A stretch of DNA of 64,000 bases from Candidatus Coprovivens sp. (GTDB lineage: Bacteria > Bacillota_I > Bacilli_A > RF39 > UBA660), in the NCBI GenBank assembly GCA_051892935.1, contig JBJFGS010000025.1, positions 80,813-144,812 of the forward strand. The letters are read 5' to 3'. The translations under genes and the position numbers were made by a program. Of the stretch, positions 24,803 to 35,664 are shown one piece after another. The notes beneath the pieces are model-generated. The model had not been told where the DNA came from. It did no database searches and was given only the letters and a program-made list of their open reading frames with translations. Every line of letters starts with the position of its first letter. Positions within the stretch are counted from its first letter, which is position 1.

Positions 24803-27052
24803 TTACTTTTTACCAACATGTTTAACACCATCTAATTCATCTAAATATTCTTTAGTAATCTCTCCCTTTAAAACTTTATTCAAAGCTCCTTTATACAAAG
24901 AATAATAATTAGATAATCCTTTAATCCTTAAAAACCTTAAAGCAAGCTCTTTTTCTTCAAGACTAACTTCATGCATAATATCATCAATTTTAATAATAAG
25001 TCTTTCATTAAATATCTCTTGATTAGTAACTAGTCTACTAGATTTAACCATTTTTTCAAAACTTCTAAATTGTCTAATATTAATACTATTCAACTTTTTA
25101 GAATTAACTACTAAAACAGTAAATTTATCAAAAGGCAAATTAGTTAACAAACAATAATCTAAAAAAGTAAAAGGTCTAACTATACCATTATCATTTACAC
25201 CTTCAACTAAAGCTTTTAAAACATAATCAACCATTTTCATAAGTACAGCATATCTTTGAGATTTTAACATATCAAACTTATTAATAAACTGAATGTATAA
25301 ATTATAATCATTCTCCATAACATTATTCAAAATCTTATCAAATTGAGTTTCACTAAGTCCTTCTTCTTCCAAAAAAGCTTCTTTACTTTTGTAATCCTTA
25401 TTTAAAAATCTTTCTAAAAGGATAGAACACTTTCTTGCTTCTTCCATTTTTTTATCAAGGTTTCTCAAATCTAAAACTCTATTCTTATCATTTGTATATA
25501 CATCATATAAAATAACTAATTTATTTTCCAATTCAGGATGTTTACTCTTAAACGCATCAAAACAAAGATCGAAATCATCAACTAAACCAATTTCTTCAGC
25601 TTTTAAATATATATTATCCACTTGATTGACTAATGACAAAAGTATCATCATTCTATCATAACCAATTCTATAATAGTAATCCTTTTCCAATAGTTTCATT
25701 TGATTATTCCAAGAACTTTTAGAAATATATCTTTTACCTAAAAATTTACATACAATATCATAGTATTCTTTATATATAGCATTACGATTAACAAAATCTA
25801 AAGTAATCTTTTCTCTACAATTATCCAAAATATCTTTATAAGTATTTTGTTGTTCTTCGACACTAGATTTTAAAACATTTCTTCCGAAGTATTCATAATC
25901 ATTCTCACAAATCCAAGAAACTATTTCTTTAAAAAAAACAATATCTTCAACATTAACATTTAATAAAACAAAATAATCAAAAGTAAATCTAATAGGTTTC
26001 TTTAATTCTTCTAATAAATATGAATATTCTTTTAGAACTCTTTCTTTATTATGATAGTTTTTAACATCTAATTTACACCAATAATCGATAAATGATTTAT
26101 ACCTATTAGTATCGCTTAAAAAAGAACTATGTTTACTAAAAATATCGTATATACCAGAAGAGCCTTGAACCATAAATCTAAAACTAATGCTTTTCATTAT
26201 TGTATAAAACAAATCTACTGACAATAAAACAGGACCATCACTATTTATATAAAAAGAACTAAAATCATCTTTAAAAGTATCATTATAATAAGAAATAAAA
26301 TCTTCATCTAAGAAATTAATATGTAATTTAGAATACTTATCGTATTCACTAATTACTTTATTATATAATTTTTCATCACCCAAAGTTCTATGTTTAATAC
26401 TAAATTGATTATTAAGTATTCTCCGACATTCTTTTTCATTTAATGATATATTCTTTTGATCAGCCAAAGAAAAAAAGTCATCAATATCATCAAAAGTAAT
26501 ACCTATTTTTTTAAATTTATCTGAAAAGAAAGAGTAATCAATTAATCCCATTAAAGCAATAACTTTCATCTTTTTTTCTTCTATATTAGAAATATTACAT
26601 ATATCATTAACTAAAATATATAAGTCATATAAAGACTCACCAATATGCAAATCAACAACACTCTCAATAGAATCACTTCTTTTAAAGAAACAATCATAAG
26701 GAATACATTGTAAAACCCTTAAATTAAAGTCAAAATCCTTTATACTTAATAAATAATATAAAATTAAATTAGTAATATTAAAAGTAGTCCCAAATTGTTC
26801 AAAATCATAGTATAATTCCTTATTATTTAATACTAATTCCAATATTTCTTCATTACTTAATAAATGATCAGAATAACAAAGTAATAAATCATTAATATCA
26901 TCTAATGAATAAACACTCTTACCTATTATATCTTTATAAGTATTATAATCCTCATTACTATCAAAATAATAATATTTTTTCAAATCTTTCTGAGTAGCAA
27001 TTTTAGCACAAAAAGAAATACGCAAACGTTGTATGATTTCTTCAAAATCCAT
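24803..27052 (-). CDS. Large protein of unknown function, paralog B (~749 aa)
   Basis: Start set at the ATG at 27052 (MDFEEIIQRL) after taggtga. Paralogous to 22893-24722, with a ~150-aa C-terminal extension. Confidence 0.8.
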   Translation of the reverse strand: MDFEEIIQRLRISFCAKIATQKDLKKYYYFDSNEDYNTYKDIIGKSVYSLDDINDLLLCYSDHLLSNEEILELVLNNKELYYDFEQFGTTFNITNLILYYLLSIKDFDFNLRVLQCIPYDCFFKRSDSIESVVDLHIGESLYDLYILVNDICNISNIEEKKMKVIALMGLIDYSFFSDKFKKIGITFDDIDDFFSLADQKNISLNEKECRRILNNQFSIKHRTLGDEKLYNKVISEYDKYSKLHINFLDEDFISYYNDTFKDDFSSFYINSDGPVLLSVDLFYTIMKSISFRFMVQGSSGIYDIFSKHSSFLSDTNRYKSFIDYWCKLDVKNYHNKERVLKEYSYLLEELKKPIRFTFDYFVLLNVNVEDIVFFKEIVSWICENDYEYFGRNVLKSSVEEQQNTYKDILDNCREKITLDFVNRNAIYKEYYDIVCKFLGKRYISKSSWNNQMKLLEKDYYYRIGYDRMMILLSLVNQVDNIYLKAEEIGLVDDFDLCFDAFKSKHPELENKLVILYDVYTNDKNRVLDLRNLDKKMEEARKCSILLERFLNKDYKSKEAFLEEEGLSETQFDKILNNVMENDYNLYIQFINKFDMLKSQRYAVLMKMVDYVLKALVEGVNDNGIVRPFTFLDYCLLTNLPFDKFTVLVVNSKKLNSINIRQFRSFEKMVKSSRLVTNQEIFNERLIIKIDDIMHEVSLEEKELALRFLRIKGLSNYYSLYKGALNKVLKGEITKEYLDELDGVKHVGKK

Positions 27053-27125
27053 AAAATCATCACCTATCATTGTATAAATGATAACATAACAAAACATTCC
27101 GTGCAAATTAAAAAAGATTTATATT

Positions 27126-27929
27126 TTAAATCTTTTTTAAATTTTTACTATTAATAAAATTTAAATGTTTCAAATAATGAAATTTACTTCTATAGATAAT
27201 GCCAGTATCAGAATCCTTAATAGCACCAAAATCATCAATATATTCATCATCACTCTTAGTTACTAAAGTAGGATCAAAAACTTTTATTTTTTCTTCTTGA
27301 ATATCTAATCCCCAATTTTCAAAAGTTATATTAGCAAGTTGTTGTTCCAAAGGAACATAATTAGGATTATCAACTATTTTATAGCACCCATTACTCATAT
27401 AAATAGATTCCATATCAACAATAGCATATTTACTTGGAACATCTTGCATAACAAATCTATCTGCTATACTAATAAGTTCACTTTGTGCAGAGAGCCCCTT
27501 ACCTTTTACAGATATATTAATACATCCTTCATGATAATGATAACAAGAATACTCTCTTTTAATTTGTTCAAGTATTTCTTTATTTTCATCAGATAAGCAA
27601 TCAATCTCTAATTCAATCCAAGCATCCTTATCTATACTATCACTACACATAAAAGTATAAATATTCTTACTCCATAATATTTGGCAAGCTGGAACACATT
27701 CTTCAATTATCCATCTACGAGGTTCTACCTCTACCATTTCTTGTGAAACTCGTGGAGCACCTTCATATTGTTTATTATTAGCAAGCTTTTTCCCACTAAT
27801 AACAGCTGCTGTATCATTTAATTTAGAAGATAACCTTCTATACAATATAGAAACCTTTAACTTAGCTTTATCAAGTATAGTTGCTTTTCTCCCTAATCTT
27901 TCATCTAATAACATTTCATCTAAATTCAT
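27126..27929 (-). CDS. Hypothetical protein (267 aa), Cys-containing
   Basis: RBS aagggga. Contains EECVPACQILW and CYHYHEGC. No family recognised. Confidence 0.7.
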   Translation of the reverse strand: MNLDEMLLDERLGRKATILDKAKLKVSILYRRLSSKLNDTAAVISGKKLANNKQYEGAPRVSQEMVEVEPRRWIIEECVPACQILWSKNIYTFMCSDSIDKDAWIELEIDCLSDENKEILEQIKREYSCYHYHEGCINISVKGKGLSAQSELISIADRFVMQDVPSKYAIVDMESIYMSNGCYKIVDNPNYVPLEQQLANITFENWGLDIQEEKIKVFDPTLVTKSDDEYIDDFGAIKDSDTGIIYRSKFHYLKHLNFINSKNLKKI

Positions 27930-27963
27930 TTCAAAATCCCCTTACATCTATAATTATAACCCC

Positions 27964-27997
27964 AAAATAAAAAAACAGGCAAATTTACATCCTGTTT
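27964..27997 (-). terminator. Rho-independent terminator after gatB
   Basis: On the minus strand: aaacagg-loop-cctgttt followed by ttttatttt. Confidence 0.65.
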
Positions 27998-29449
27998 TCA
28001 TCTTTTATTTAATTCATCAGTTATTATTTCTTTCGTCATAACTGGATTAGCTTTACCTCTCGTATTTTTCATAACTTGACCAACAAAGTAATCAAATAAA
28101 TTTGTCTTACCAGCTTTATACTGTTCGATTTGCGTACTACTATTATCCATTATTTCACAAATAATACGAGTAAGTTCATCTTTATCACTAATTTGCGCAT
28201 TCTCTTTACTAATAAAGTTTTTAGGTTCTTTATTATTTTCAATAGCTTTAAAGAAAACTTCTTTAGCTTGCTTACTAGATAAAATACCAGTTGCTAAAGC
28301 ATCTGTAATTTGTTTTAACATTGAAGGAGTAATATAAAACTCCGAAATACTTTTATCTTCTTTATTTAATTCACCAACTATATTAACAGTAACCCAGTTA
28401 GAAGCGACTTTAGCATCAATTCCTAATTCAACACATTCTTCATAATAATCAGAAATTGCTTTTTCTTTAACCAATACACCTGCATCATAAGAAGATAATC
28501 CAAATTTATCAATATATTTTTTCTTTCTATCCATAGCAAGTTCAGGTATAGAATTTCTAATTTCTTCTAACCATTCTTTACTAATCTTGTATTTAGGAAT
28601 ATTAGGTTCAACAAAATATTTATAATCAATTGCATCTGCTTTACTTCTCATATGAATAGTAGACTGACTCTCCTCATCCCAACGTCTAGTTTCTTGTTCA
28701 ATAACACCGCCATTTTCTAGTAATTCAGTTTGTCTTTCTATTTCATAATTAATTGAATCTCTAACACCACCAAAAGAGTTTACGTTCTTAATTTCAACTT
28801 TAGTTCCCCAATTATTAGGATCAGACTCATCTAAAGATGCATCCATTAACGAAACGTTAACATCACACCTAATTTGACCTTTCTTAGTATCAGCCTCAGA
28901 TACACCAGCATATTGATAAACACTTCTCATATGCTCTAAAAACGCAACAGCTTCACTTGCACTATGAAAATCAGGTTCAGTAACTAATTCCATCAAAGGA
29001 ACACCTGCTCTATTATAATCAATATTACTAGTTGAATAAAAATGATCTAAAGAAGCAGCATCTTCTTCTAAATGGAAATTATTAACTCTTACCTTTTTTA
29101 TTTCATCACCACATTCAAATTCAACCTCACCATAAATACCAGCAGGAATTGGTTTAGTTTCTTGAGTAATTTGAAAACCCTTTGGTAAATCAGGATAATA
29201 ATAATTTTTTCTTTCAAAATAGAAAAACTCAGGTTGACTACATTTCAAAATCATACTAATCATTAAAGCTTTTTTTACAGCTTCTTTATTTACAACAGGT
29301 AATATACCAGGAAAAGCCATATCTACAGCAGATATATTACAGTTAGGAGTAGACTCATACGAGTTACGAGAACTACTAAATACTTTAGAATTAGTTTCAC
29401 TCATCTCACAATGCATTTCTAATCCTATTTTAGCTAAATACTTAGTCAT
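27998..29449 (-). CDS. gatB: Asp/Glu-tRNA amidotransferase subunit B
   Basis: 483 aa. N-terminus IGLEMHCEM...SKVFSS; C-terminal YqeY-like tail; position after gatA. Confidence 0.9.
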   Translation of the reverse strand: MTKYLAKIGLEMHCEMSETNSKVFSSSRNSYESTPNCNISAVDMAFPGILPVVNKEAVKKALMISMILKCSQPEFFYFERKNYYYPDLPKGFQITQETKPIPAGIYGEVEFECGDEIKKVRVNNFHLEEDAASLDHFYSTSNIDYNRAGVPLMELVTEPDFHSASEAVAFLEHMRSVYQYAGVSEADTKKGQIRCDVNVSLMDASLDESDPNNWGTKVEIKNVNSFGGVRDSINYEIERQTELLENGGVIEQETRRWDEESQSTIHMRSKADAIDYKYFVEPNIPKYKISKEWLEEIRNSIPELAMDRKKKYIDKFGLSSYDAGVLVKEKAISDYYEECVELGIDAKVASNWVTVNIVGELNKEDKSISEFYITPSMLKQITDALATGILSSKQAKEVFFKAIENNKEPKNFISKENAQISDKDELTRIICEIMDNSSTQIEQYKAGKTNLFDYFVGQVMKNTRGKANPVMTKEIITDELNKR

Positions 29450-30909
29450 TATTTTACCTCCTTAACTACTTGGCCTTTATAATCCATTGCACTTTCAAGT
29501 GCATAAGCAATATTCAAAACTTTTTCATCTTCATAACAATTACCAGTTATATTAATACCTACAGGTAAGTTAGAAACAAAACCATTAGGTATAGTTATAG
29601 AAGGAAAACCGCCAAAATTACCTACCTGTAAATGTTCATCTAAAGACATTGTATTTATATCTTGTTTTAAATCTAATTCAGTAAACTTCTTAGCAGGTCC
29701 TACACCAACAGGACATAAAACTGCATCATATTTCTTATATAAATTTTTCCAAGTATCAACAATCATTCTTCGAGCTCTTTGAGCATTTTTAAAGTATCTT
29801 TCTTGGTTTTCTTTTTGTAATACATAAGAACCAATTACAAATCTTCTTTTTATTAATGGCGAAAAACCTTTAGTTCTATGATCTTTAATCATATCAATGT
29901 AATTATCTCCTTCACCTCTAGGTCCAAAGATAATACCTGTTAAGTTACTCATATTACTAGTAGCTTCAGCACTATGAATAACTCTATATACACTAAAAAC
30001 TGCGTTAAGTAGTTTTCTATCTACCGAAACTTCATCTACTTCCATACCAATATTTCTCGCAAGTTCAATAGTTTTCTTAAAATTTTCTAAATGTTCTTTA
30101 AGTTCATGTGAAGCATTAGGATAGTTTTCTATATCACATATTTCTTTTACATAACATAACTTCATACCTTTAACATCACCAGTACAAGATCCAAGTAAAT
30201 CCATCTTACTAGAATCCCAAGAAGTCATATCATTAGGATCAATTCCTTTCATAGTATTAACTACTATTGCAGCATCTCTAACAGAACGAGTTAAAACACC
30301 ACAATGATCTAAACTAGAAGCAAAAGGAAATAACCCATATCTTGAAATCATTCCGTATGTAGGTTTATATCCAACAATACCACAATAAGCAGCTGGTTTA
30401 CGAATAGAATCTCCAGTATCAGAACCTAATGCATAAGGATATACTCCAGCTGCAACAGCAGCAGCTGATCCAGAAGAAGATCCAGCACAAATACGAGTTC
30501 TATCCCAAGGATTTAATTGAACACCAGTATGACCAGTAGTACCAGTTCCACCCATACCAAATTCATCCATTGCTGTTTTATTTACTTTAATAGCTCCCGC
30601 TTTATTTAAATTAACAATAGCAGTAGCATCAAAAAAAGGTACATAATCTTTTAAAGTATTAGAACTTCCTGTTGAAAGAATACCCTTAGTAGAATAATTA
30701 TCTTTAACACCATAAGGAATTCCAGATAGTAAATTATCAGTTACTTCACATCCTTTAGCATCATCCAAAATAGTAACGAAAGCATTACATTTATCTTGAA
30801 TTTCATGACTACGTTCTAAAGATTCTTTAACTAACTCATCACTAGTTACATCACCTTTAACTAACATTTCATGTAATTCTTCAATTGATTTATCCATATA
30901 TTTCATCAT
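29449..30909 (-). CDS. gatA: Asp/Glu-tRNA amidotransferase subunit A
   Basis: Amidase signature GSSSGSAAAVAAG...GSDTGDSIRKPA. Start probably the ATG at 30909. Confidence 0.9.
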   Translation of the reverse strand: MMKYMDKSIEELHEMLVKGDVTSDELVKESLERSHEIQDKCNAFVTILDDAKGCEVTDNLLSGIPYGVKDNYSTKGILSTGSSNTLKDYVPFFDATAIVNLNKAGAIKVNKTAMDEFGMGGTGTTGHTGVQLNPWDRTRICAGSSSGSAAAVAAGVYPYALGSDTGDSIRKPAAYCGIVGYKPTYGMISRYGLFPFASSLDHCGVLTRSVRDAAIVVNTMKGIDPNDMTSWDSSKMDLLGSCTGDVKGMKLCYVKEICDIENYPNASHELKEHLENFKKTIELARNIGMEVDEVSVDRKLLNAVFSVYRVIHSAEATSNMSNLTGIIFGPRGEGDNYIDMIKDHRTKGFSPLIKRRFVIGSYVLQKENQERYFKNAQRARRMIVDTWKNLYKKYDAVLCPVGVGPAKKFTELDLKQDINTMSLDEHLQVGNFGGFPSITIPNGFVSNLPVGINITGNCYEDEKVLNIAYALESAMDYKGQVVKEVK

Positions 30910-30917
30910 CTTCACCT

Positions 30918-31217
30918 CTATCCTACTACCTTAGGTACAACTATTTCTCTATCTTCAGTATCATCACTATTAGCAAGCAAATCTTCAATTGGTACAGAAT
31001 CAACTGCAACATCTTCTCTTAATTCATAAACGAAATCATCTAAACAATGTGTCATAGGTTCGGCATCCTTAATACCATCTATTTCATTAATTAAATCAAT
31101 ATTAGCATCAATAGCTTCAAATTCATCTAATACCATAGCATTTTCTTCTGAACTAAGACCAATCAAAAGTTTATCTGCTAAGTCATCAACTAATTCTTTT
31201 GTAAATACTTTACTCAT
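30918..31217 (-). CDS. gatC: Asp/Glu-tRNA amidotransferase subunit C
   Basis: 99 aa, acidic, immediately upstream of gatA. Overlaps the aspS end by 8 nt. Confidence 0.8.
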   Translation of the reverse strand: MSKVFTKELVDDLADKLLIGLSSEENAMVLDEFEAIDANIDLINEIDGIKDAEPMTHCLDDFVYELREDVAVDSVPIEDLLANSDDTEDREIVVPKVVG

Positions 31218-32973
31218 CTTTTTTCACCTCTATTTTAATTCCTAACTCTTTAAGTTGTTCCCTAGTTAATTCGCTTGGACTTCCCATCATTTGATCAGCT
31301 CCAGAAGCACTAGGTGGAAACGCTTGAACTTCTCTTAAATTAGGTTCATCTTTAATTAACATAAGTATTCTATCAATTCCAGGAGCCATTCCTCCATGTG
31401 GAGGGCATCCATACTTAAACGCTGTAAATATAGATTTAAATCTTGTTTCAATTTCATCCCTAGTATAGCCAACTACTTCAAAACCTTTAGCTAAACTTTC
31501 TAAATCATGATTTCTAATAGCTCCAGAAGCCATCTCATTACCATTACAAACAAAATCATATTGATAAGCTAAAATGTCACCAACATCTTCATATTTATCA
31601 TAATCAGATATTCCACCATGAGGTAAACTAAATGGATTATGACAGAATTCATATTTTTTCTTTTCATCATCCCATTCAAACATTGGGAAATCATTTACAA
31701 TACATAATTCTAATTTATTAGTATCAATTAATTCTAATTTTCTACCTAATTCAGTTCTAATTAAACCAGCAAATTTTTGTGCTTGTTTAACTCTCTTATT
31801 AGCAATAAAAAACATTACAGAATTAGTTTTCATATTAAACTTTTTAATTAAATTATCTCTTTCTTCATTACTTAAGAATTTATCAATAGGTCCTTTAAAT
31901 GTTCCATCTTCCATTAAAGTAAGATATCCAATACCAGGCATACCAATAGATGATGCAAAATCAACAACTTCATTAAACCAAGAATTTGGTTTATCTCCAA
32001 TATCATCTACTACAATAACTTTTATAGTACTTTTCTTAAAAGGGCCAAAAGTAATATCTTTAAGTACTTCAGTAGCATCTTTTATAATAAGTGGATTTCT
32101 TAAATCAGGTTTATCTGTTCCATACATATCCATCGCATCTTTATAAGCAATCCTCCTAAAAGGTTTAGGACTTACCTTTTTATTAGTAAAAGTAGTAAAT
32201 ACATCATAAAAAATATCTTCTCCAACTTCTAAAACTTCATCTTCAGTAACAAAAGACATTTCTAAATCTAATTGATAAAATTCTAAAGTTCTATCAGCTC
32301 TTGCATCTTCATCTCTAAAACAAGGAGCAATTTGAAAATACTTTTCAACACCACCAACCATTAATAACTCTTTATATATTTGAGGAGCTTGTGGCAAAGC
32401 ATAAAACTTTCCTTTAAAGTTTCTTGAAGGAACAACAAAATCTCTTGCTCCTTCAGGACTAGAAGCTGTAAGAATAGGTGTTTGAACTTCCATAAAACCA
32501 TTATCATACATTTTATTTCTTAAAAAATGTAAAACATCACTTCTTAGCTTAAAATTATCTTTAACTTTATTATTTCTCATATCAAGATATCTATATTTTA
32601 ACCTTATATCTTCGCTAGCTTCTTTAGAAGAAACAATTTGAAAAGGAAGTTCATGTAATGAAGATCCCAACACTTCCAAAGTATCTACTAACAACTCAAC
32701 TTCACCAGTTTTTAGATTATTATTTATAGTATCCTCGCTTCTCTTTCTAATAATCCCAGACAATTTAACTACTGATTCTTTAGCAAGACCAACAAATAAT
32801 GAATCATCATTTGATACCGCTTGTAGTTTTTCAGTATTATCTCTTAAATCTAAAAACAATACTCCACCATGATCTCTTATATTTTCAATCCATCCACTAA
32901 CTACTACAGTTTTTCCTACTAATGTAGAATCTATATCACAACAATGATGTGTTCTAAAAATATTTTGCTTCAT
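31210..32973 (-). CDS. aspS: Aspartate--tRNA ligase
   Basis: OB-fold N-terminus VSGWIENIRDHGGVLFLDLRD. Class II motifs CFRDEDARADR and GGMAPGIDR. Confidence 0.95.
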   Translation of the reverse strand: MKQNIFRTHHCCDIDSTLVGKTVVVSGWIENIRDHGGVLFLDLRDNTEKLQAVSNDDSLFVGLAKESVVKLSGIIRKRSEDTINNNLKTGEVELLVDTLEVLGSSLHELPFQIVSSKEASEDIRLKYRYLDMRNNKVKDNFKLRSDVLHFLRNKMYDNGFMEVQTPILTASSPEGARDFVVPSRNFKGKFYALPQAPQIYKELLMVGGVEKYFQIAPCFRDEDARADRTLEFYQLDLEMSFVTEDEVLEVGEDIFYDVFTTFTNKKVSPKPFRRIAYKDAMDMYGTDKPDLRNPLIIKDATEVLKDITFGPFKKSTIKVIVVDDIGDKPNSWFNEVVDFASSIGMPGIGYLTLMEDGTFKGPIDKFLSNEERDNLIKKFNMKTNSVMFFIANKRVKQAQKFAGLIRTELGRKLELIDTNKLELCIVNDFPMFEWDDEKKKYEFCHNPFSLPHGGISDYDKYEDVGDILAYQYDFVCNGNEMASGAIRNHDLESLAKGFEVVGYTRDEIETRFKSIFTAFKYGCPPHGGMAPGIDRILMLIKDEPNLREVQAFPPSASGADQMMGSPSELTREQLKELGIKIEVKKDE

Positions 32974-33010
32974 ATCAATCTACTTCCTTTCTTTCTTATT
33001 TTTATTTATA

Positions 33011-34378
33011 TTAATATTCGCAATTTCCTGGAGTTCTTGGATAAGGAATAACATCTCTTATATTTTCAACACCAGTTAGATATATAAGTAATCTTTCAAA
33101 TCCCATTCCAAACCCAGAATGAATACATCCTCCAAATTTTCTTAAATTTAGGTACCAATCCATACCATCAGTTGCCATACCTAATTCATTCATTCTATTA
33201 ACTAATTTATCATAATTTTCTTCTCTTTGTGAACCGCCCATTAATTCACCAGCACCAGGTACTTCTAAATCAACAGCAGCTACTGTTTTACCATCATCAT
33301 TTTGTTTCATATAGAATGCCTTAATATCTTTAGGCCAATTTTTTATAAATACCGGTCCATTAAAATACTCAGTAATATATTTTTCGTGTTCCTTAGCAAT
33401 ATCTTCCCCATATTCAGGTTCAAATTCCCATTTAACATCAGCTTCTTTAAGAATCTTAATTACTTCATCATGATCAATTCTTACAAATGAACTATTTACT
33501 AAATTAGTTAATTTTTCTTTCAATCCCTTTTCAACAAATTGATCAAAGAAATCTATTTCCAAGGAAGCATTATCAAGTACATATTGAACAACATACTTAA
33601 GCATATCCTCCATAACATCCATATCACCATTTAAATCAGTAAATGCCATTTCAGGCTCAATCATCCAAAATTCATTTGCATGCGTTTTAGTATTAGAATT
33701 TTCAGCTCTAAAAGTCGGACCAAATGTATAAGTCTTTTTATAAGCTAAAGCAAATGTTTCAGCTTCAAGTTGACCACTAACAGTTAAATTAGCCATCTTA
33801 CCAAAGAAATCCTTTGAATAATCAGGTTTACCATTAACTCTTTCTAAATCCAAAGTAGTAACTTGAAACATTTCTCCTGCTCCTTCACAATCACTAGCAG
33901 TAATAAGAGGTGCATGAAAATACACATAATTTCTTTCTTGAAAATATTTATGTATAGCATAAGCAGCAATACTTCTAACTCTAAATACTGCTTGAAAAAG
34001 ATTAGTTCTAGGTCTTAAATAAGCTTGTTCTCTTAAAAATTCTCTAGTATGTCTCTTAGGTTGAATAGGATAATCAGCAGGACAATCTCCTAACAAAGTT
34101 ACAACACTAGCTTTTAATTCAACATCTTGATTACCAGAACTTTCAACTAATATCCCTTTAACTTCAATAGCACAACCTACTAACATTTTTTGTATATCTA
34201 AAAAATTATCAAGTCCATTATCATAAACAACTTGTAAATGTTGTTGTGTAGTACCATCACTAAAATCAATAAAACCAAATTCCTTTTGCTTACGATGATT
34301 TCTTATCCATCCCTGAATAATAACTTCATCTCCAATATGAGCATTATTAAATAAATCTTTTAAATCCATAATATTCAT
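33011..34378 (-). CDS. asnS: Asparagine--tRNA ligase
   Basis: FRAENSNTKTHANEFWMIEPEMAF and GFGMGFERL class IIb motifs; 455 aa. Confidence 0.9.
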   Translation of the reverse strand: MNIMDLKDLFNNAHIGDEVIIQGWIRNHRKQKEFGFIDFSDGTTQQHLQVVYDNGLDNFLDIQKMLVGCAIEVKGILVESSGNQDVELKASVVTLLGDCPADYPIQPKRHTREFLREQAYLRPRTNLFQAVFRVRSIAAYAIHKYFQERNYVYFHAPLITASDCEGAGEMFQVTTLDLERVNGKPDYSKDFFGKMANLTVSGQLEAETFALAYKKTYTFGPTFRAENSNTKTHANEFWMIEPEMAFTDLNGDMDVMEDMLKYVVQYVLDNASLEIDFFDQFVEKGLKEKLTNLVNSSFVRIDHDEVIKILKEADVKWEFEPEYGEDIAKEHEKYITEYFNGPVFIKNWPKDIKAFYMKQNDDGKTVAAVDLEVPGAGELMGGSQREENYDKLVNRMNELGMATDGMDWYLNLRKFGGCIHSGFGMGFERLLIYLTGVENIRDVIPYPRTPGNCEY

Positions 34379-34380
34379 CC

Positions 34381-35649
34381 CTATCTACAATTTATATCTA
34401 AATAATCATCAATCTCTGCTTCTTTAACCATTGTTACTTCCTTAGTATGATTATCTTTAACTTGAATTTCTCCACCTACTAAATCTTCACTATTAAGTAT
34501 TACTAAAAATTTTGCATTTAATCTATCTGCCTGTTTAAATTGACCTTTTAAAGCTCTTCCCATATATTCAGTTTCAACACGTAATCCTTGTAATCTTAAA
34601 TCTTGCGTTAAAGCCATCGCATACTCTTTTTCAGTATCATTTACATATAAAATAAATGCATCTAACTCATTATTAATAGGTACTTCAATATTTTCTTTAT
34701 CCAAAGCCATAACAAGCCTACCCAGTCCACAAGCAAATCCAATACCAGGTGTAGATGGACCTCCTAAATTACTAACCAAAGTATCATATCTACCACCACC
34801 AGCTAAGACATTATTAGAACCAAAATCCTTAACTGTAGCTTCAATTTCAAATACAGTATGACAATAATAATCTAATCCTCTAACTATTTTAGGATCAACT
34901 TCATAATCAATATCTAAAACATCTAAATAATTTTGAACATCCATAAATCTATTTTTAGATTCTTCATTTAAGTAATCTAACATTACTGGAGCATTCTTAA
35001 TTATGTCATTTTCAGCATCAAATTTACAATCTAAGATACGTAATGGATTCTTTTTTAATCTCTCATTACAATCAGGACACAATTCACTTATATGAGGCTC
35101 AAAATAATCAATTAAAGCGTTTCTATAATTATCTCTAGATAGAGTATCACCTAAACTATTAATTTTAACTTTTATACCTTTTAACCCCAATAATTTAAAA
35201 ATATTAACAGCAACAGAAATAACTTCTGCATCAATAGCGGGATCATCACTACCAAGAACCTCAACCCCAAACTGCGTAAGTTCTCTATCTCTTCCAGATT
35301 GTGGTCTCTCATATCGATACATTGTTCCATTATAGTATAGTTTTACAGGTTGTATAGTATCTCCATACATTTTATTTTCAATAAAACTTCTAACAACACC
35401 AGCTGTTCCTTCTGGTCTTAAAGTCATATTTCTATCCCCACGATCAACAAAATCATAAGTTTCTTTAGACACTATATCTGTTGTATCTCCAACACCTCTA
35501 TGAAACAATTCCGTACTTTCAAAAATAGGTGTTCTAATCATTCCATAATTATATCTTTCCATTACTTCATCAACAACACGACTAACATATTGCCATTTTT
35601 TCATTTGTTCACCATACAAATCATAAGTTCCCTTAGGTTTAGTTATCAT
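34381..35649 (-). CDS. hisS: Histidine--tRNA ligase
   Basis: MITKPKGTYD start after ggagg. Motifs RPEGTAGVVR and MYRYERPQSGRDRELTQFGVE. The longer track ORF (to 35715) runs into the T-box terminator. Confidence 0.9.
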   Translation of the reverse strand: MITKPKGTYDLYGEQMKKWQYVSRVVDEVMERYNYGMIRTPIFESTELFHRGVGDTTDIVSKETYDFVDRGDRNMTLRPEGTAGVVRSFIENKMYGDTIQPVKLYYNGTMYRYERPQSGRDRELTQFGVEVLGSDDPAIDAEVISVAVNIFKLLGLKGIKVKINSLGDTLSRDNYRNALIDYFEPHISELCPDCNERLKKNPLRILDCKFDAENDIIKNAPVMLDYLNEESKNRFMDVQNYLDVLDIDYEVDPKIVRGLDYYCHTVFEIEATVKDFGSNNVLAGGGRYDTLVSNLGGPSTPGIGFACGLGRLVMALDKENIEVPINNELDAFILYVNDTEKEYAMALTQDLRLQGLRVETEYMGRALKGQFKQADRLNAKFLVILNSEDLVGGEIQVKDNHTKEVTMVKEAEIDDYLDINCR

Positions 35650-35664
35650 TATATCTCCTCCATA

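Noticed and set aside
20807-27929. The accessory cluster might have been a prophage or ICE fragment.
   Set aside because: No integrase, att-like direct repeats, capsid, terminase, relaxase or T4SS genes are present. The only mobile-element signature in the window is the unrelated IS3 relic at 3.4-4.9 kb.
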